From: Macrostomum lignano
Lineage: Eukaryota
Length of the DNA stretch: 64,000 nucleotides
Assembly (NCBI GenBank): GCA_002269645.1
Contig: NIVC01000709.1
Span: 400,932-464,931, forward strand
Direction: 5' to 3'
Part shown: in pieces, positions 59,194 to 64,000 of the stretch
Layout of the letters: the number at the start of each line of letters is the position of its first letter
Numbering within the stretch: position 1 is the first letter of the stretch
Position numbers and translations under genes: made by a program
Notes under the pieces: generated by a model
The model's input: only the letters and a program-made list of their open reading frames with translations
What the model was told of the DNA's origin: nothing
Databases searched by the model: none

Positions 59194-60825
59194 TTAAACC
59201 CTGGAGCTGGTGCTGCTCCCGCTTCTGCTCTGTTGCTGTTGCTGCTGCCACAGCCACGTGCCGCCGCCGCCGCCGCCGCCCCTCCTGCGGCAGATCACGT
59301 GGCCGATGGCCGAGAAGCAGGCGCCCAGAGTCCACTGGCCCGGCTTGCCTGGCGCCGTGCTCAAAGGCGCCGCAGCGGAGGCGCCCGGCCGGCCGAGGAT
59401 CAGCGGCTCCTCCTGGGCGGACGGCGCCGGCGGCGCCCGCACCCGCAGCCGGTCGAACACCTCCTCGAAGGCTTCGTCCACTCCGTCGCCTGTGAGGGCG
59501 GAGGCCTCCACGGTGGCGTGCAGGCCGTGGCGGGCGGCGAAGGCCGCTGCCTCCTCCGGGGACACCTGCGATGAGATTGGGCGGGGGCAGTTGGTGTGGG
59601 ATGAAGATTGCTGCTGAAGTCAGATCCTCATTCTCCATAATCAGTTCCCCATATTCAGATCCCCATTTGCCACAATCAGATTCATATTCCCCATAATCAG
59701 ATCCCCATTCCCCATAATCTGATTCCCATTCCCCATAATCAGATCCCTATTCCCATAATCAGATCCCTATTCCCATAATCAGATCCCTATTCCCATAATC
59801 AGATCCCTATTCCCATGTTCAGATCCCCATTCCCCATAATCAGATCCCCATTCCCATAATCAGATCCCCATTCCCATAATCAGTTCCCCATTCCCCATAT
59901 TCAGATCCCCATTCCCCATAATCTGATTCCCATTCCCCATAATCAGATCCCTATTCCCATAATCAGATCACTATTCCCATAATCAGATCCCCATTCCCCA
60001 TAATTAGATCCCTATTCCCCATTAATCAGATCCCCATTATCGACAATCAGATCCCCATTCCAAGCTTCCAGATCCCAAGTCCCCACAATAAAATTGTCAG
60101 TTGCACATTTCAACCCCCAGATCCCAAACACAAATGACTATTCCCAAATTTCCCAACTCAACTCCTATACCCACAGATTTGAGCTTCCCAATCCCTGTTC
60201 CAAGTTTTACCAAAAATCAAACCCTCGCATTGTCAGTCTGCCTCCCAGCTCACCTGCCGCTCAGCAGCGGAGCAGTCGGCCTTGGCGCCAACCAGCACAA
60301 TGACGGCATCGGCTGGCGCCTCCTCCCTCAACGCCGGCAGCCAGTCAGCTCCAGCGGCCGTCAGTGAGTCCTTGTTGGTCAGGTCGTACACCAGCAGGGC
60401 GGCGCGAGCTCCGGCCAGGTAGCCGCGCACAATGTGCCGAAAGCGCTGGTGGCCGCTGGCGTCCCAGAGCGAGGGCTGTGGCGGTGTATTAGGAGAAAGG
60501 TGAGATCAAAGATTGTAAAAAGGATAATAATAGAACACCTAAAGGAGCGCCGGGAGCACCTAATTCCTAACTAAGGCTGAAGGGCACAAAGAAGAGTCAA
60601 CAACAAGCTAGTGGTAGCTCGTGTAGAGATACTGGATTTCAGAAACGCGCTCACCTTCAATCCGCCCGTCTGCTCAGCCAGAAAGATCACGTCAATACCA
60701 ACCGTTGCCAAACAGTTGGCGTCGAACACATTATCAACGTAGCGGCTAATTAGGCTGGTCTTGCCGCAGCCGGGTGCGCCAACAACGATCACGGCTGGTC
60801 CTCTTTGGTGCGCGTTCAATGTCAT
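59194..60825 (-). CDS. Atypical Rab-family small GTPase, ~254 aa; exons 60655-60825, 60254-60475, 59194-59565
   Basis: G1 GAPGCGKT, G2 ATVGID, G3 WDASGHQRF, RabF-like IVRGYLAGARAALLVYDLT, G4 LVGAKAD, ERQ|VSPEEA, G5 EASALTGDGVDEAF. Two phase-0 GT-AG introns; 765 nt in frame. Confidence 0.9.
59635..60075. repeat. ~20-21-bp minisatellite (ATCAGATCCC(C/T)ATTCCC(C)ATA), Rab-like intron 2
   Basis: Direct reading. Confidence 0.92.
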
Positions 60826-63376
60826 GCTGACGAGAGGACTGGAGGCAGGTCCGCTTGCTTTCTTTGTGTTGAAGAAATAGGCTGATTTTTCTCTGGCTTC
60901 AAGAACGACAGTTAGACTTGGGCTTTGTCTGCCTGTGTCTCATGGCACGTGATTCATTTATATAAGCTTAGGACGACGGGTTCAAGTTTCATCCAAGTGT
61001 TGAGTTTTTACTCACCCCCTCTATTTCCCTTTCCTGGTATAGCGCTAATTGGTGCGGGGTGCGGGGGTTGGTTGGTTGAGGGGGTTGGTTTAAAATTGGT
61101 CTGTGGTGGTCCCACTCCAGAGTGTACTACATAGCCTATAGAACAAATGTACATTGTCATTCGTAACGTTACTAAAAATAGATTGGACTGCCTTAAAAGC
61201 CACGGCTTCCTTTTATCAAGACAAGAGCGTGCGTGGAAAGCGAAGTTCGTCTAATAAAGCCTTGTGCATTTCCTAAGAAAGATAAGGACTAGCCAAGTAA
61301 ATTTCTTGGATTTAAATTCGGAGCAAACAAGCAGTGGACATACAAAAAGTACCTTATTAGTTGGCTGCTACGTGTTTTGAATTGTGAAGTGTTGCGATTG
61401 TGCTGCCTGACTGACCCGCCACTATTTTTAGCGCTTGACATCAGACAGGCGCAGACTGCCTTTCTAGATGTTGTCTTTGCGACTGTTTTCTGGTTTTTAG
61501 TTCAAAGGTTGAACCAACTGTTTCCTTCAGAGGCTTTAGTCTAATTCTAAAATGAATAGAAAGATAAGGGATGTTTTAATATATTTTCGATAATTTGCAA
61601 AGTTTAGTATATTTGATTGATCGGCCTTTAATTAAGCTTTGCTAACTCATGTTTCAAGTTTAAAAAGAAACACTTCCAGCGGTCCTTGGAAAATTGGAAT
61701 GCTCATGCACGGACCAAAATAGGAATGAAACGACCAAAATCTAAAATTGCACTGTAGTCAAAAGTAATTGCGATTTGACTAAAGACTCGCCTCTTGTCTC
61801 ACGCAGCTCCTGGAAACCAGAAACCAGCTGTCGCATGCATACGCTCGTAGAAGGCAGGAAACGAGAATTCTTTCCAAAGAAAGCCAAGCGCATGGTGAGG
61901 AGCTGTTCACTGTTCACACGTACACAAGTTCCTCCTCGCAGTTCCCGTCCCGTGCACAAGTATATTGTACGTATTTCATATGCTTCCTACACAATATTTA
62001 AAAAGTACGCGATTTCGATCGATCTGCCTTATCTGCAATCTTGATTTCGACGCTAAAGTTCCCCACTGGGGAGGGGTAAAACCATGAACCCCGTCTACCC
62101 GAGTTCTCCACGCAGTGTACTGCACGCGGTAGCCATGTACAGGTGCAGCGCTGCTATATACGCTTGCTTGCACTCAAAAGCATTCAGCTAGGATAGCTTT
62201 GAGCACATGCTGATGCTTGCCAGCTGGCAAACCTGGCGAACCAGATTTTTTTCTAATCCCATAGCTCCTTAAACAGAAAGCTCTGTGCTGAGAGCATTCC
62301 CAGATCAATCTGCAAGTGCCTGTTTACAGAAGTTCTGACAGCGAAAAATGTACTTTTATCAATCCAATAAGGTAAAAATTGTGTCGCAAGTAAAAATTTG
62401 CGTCGCAAACGTTAACTCTCAGCCATGCAGCTGAGAAGCCAAGGCAAGACAGAGAGAAAAAAATAACAAAATTCACGATCTTGCAGTCGAATTTCTGATT
62501 CAATATGCCGCCCTTTCTATACTTTGCACAAACTATAGCATTTGCATGTAGAATTAATCTCTTTTATTCGTGTGCTGAACCAAATTGCATGTATAGCTTG
62601 CATGCAAATAATTCATGATTCTCTAAGCTGCATGCAGTTTTGCTTGCTGGAAAATGCCATTGAATATTAGCCGAAACTGGCTACTGTATCGCACAATTGC
62701 GCGCCGTATGAATTTTTCTCTCTAAGGTGACTCACTAAGATTAGAGTTTTATGATTATAGCCGGGCGATTTTGTAGCGATAAAGTTTGCAGTTTTTCATT
62801 CCAATATGTAGCATTTTTTACATCGTACGCTCGTGCAGCCCATCAGTGGCAGGGTATCCAAGCTGGAAATAAGCAAAACTTAGTACTGGAATTAACTATA
62901 CCGCCACTGGGCTTGGAAACAAGTACATGTAGCCTGTATGCTCAACACAGGACTCAATTAATGCCAAAGCTAGCTAAGCTAGTAACGTGGTCCTTTGACT
63001 TGTACATGTACATGTATATAAATTACACACTTACTGTTATCTACTGTAAAGTCAATTCAAATAAGATTTCATTACTCAAATTTCGATGCATGTATTTCGA
63101 TGGTTATACATATGTACATCATTACCTCATCCTGACGCTTACGTGAACCAAAAGTTACACAAGTACAGTACGTACTACAACGATCGAGGGAACTGTCTCA
63201 ATCAAGAAACTTATTGTGAATTCGATCAGCGTATCTGAAAATTCTACTGATCAGATAGTTGTGTGCCAAGGTCTACATGTGGACATGTACTTAAGTACTC
63301 GTTACTTTAGTCGTCCTTGCTTGGATGGCTTTTGGGTTGACTAGAAGAATCTCACAGGAATATGAACATGTACAGT

Positions 63377-63585
63377 CAGGGGCGACAATTTCGGCGCCGC
63401 AGGCACTCATTTAATTTGGTGCCGCAGGCGTGCTACGTTCTGTCTACAGCAAAATTATTGATTACCATAACGGGTCACAAGAGGGTGGAGTCAAGGTCGG
63501 TGGTGGAGTGTGCGGGGGACAAAGCAAATTGGCATGGCCCTTTTACTGGGGGGACGTCCCCACTGTCCCGGTGGGCGATGCCTTG
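63377..63585. mobile_element. ~209-bp hAT-like MITE containing about two copies of the 21-bp motif
   Basis: 8-bp TSD TGTACAGT / CGTACAGT (7/8). Ends CAGGGGCG.. / ..GCGATGCCTTG form a weak TIR. Internal GGCGCCGCAGGCACTCATTT is identical to the 52895-53865 repeat unit. Confidence 0.55.
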
Positions 63586-64000
63586 CGTACAGTTGTTGTA
63601 CAGCAGGGATCAGGATTCTATTATGGCTTCCCTGCTTGGTAAGACTGAAAGACTGATAGATTGAATAGTGAAGCCTGAAAAAACTAAGAATTAAAAACTG
63701 AAAGGAAGACGCTCAAACAAAAATAGAAAGATTAATGCTTTAAAGCATCTGTTAAAATGAGTTTGTTTTGCCAAACAGTAAAATTAAAAAACAACTTTCT
63801 TCGAAACATTGACGGTCGTCACCAGTCGGTCACTTATTAAAAATTTTGGGCAATTTGTTACTTTTGCACGTTAATAATTATAAGACATAATAGTAAAATA
63901 TATTTATTTTAATTCCATTTTCAACTAAAACATGTTCGCTTAGGCCTATTCATTTTGATTGTTTTTATGTCAGCTAGTTATACCAAAATTTTTTGTTTTT

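Noticed and set aside
62217-62230. Perfect 14-bp palindrome TTGCCAGCTGGCAA
   Set aside because: A single isolated occurrence with no supporting context; not far from chance expectation in 64 kb.

Overview
Eukaryotic (animal) genomic DNA, not prokaryotic. Short, very GC-rich exons sit in AT-rich or minisatellite-filled introns, a style resembling a macrostomid flatworm such as Macrostomum (organism is inference only). Seven spliced genes were reconstructed by hand from splice sites, phases and motifs: (+) a PAN/Apple plus ALK/LTK-type glycine-rich protein with an unresolved 5' end; (-) a TGN38/46 (TGOLN2/C5orf15-family) type I membrane protein; (-) a cytoplasmic dynein-1 intermediate chain; (-) a CDR2/CDR2L-family coiled-coil protein with one apparent frameshift; (-) FAM78; (+) a 225-aa orphan with a possible Rossmann fold; (-) an atypical Rab-like GTPase. 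Mobile DNA includes three head-to-tail Helitron-like copies carrying TTAGGG tracts, several hAT/P/Tc1-type non-autonomous elements with visible TIRs and TSDs, a tRNA-derived SINE and a Gypsy RT relic. About 30 distinct micro/minisatellite arrays occur, and 13 of the 20 predicted introns each hold their own private array. Most long ORFs in the supplied track are artefacts of these arrays. No rRNA, tRNA gene or CRISPR array was found.
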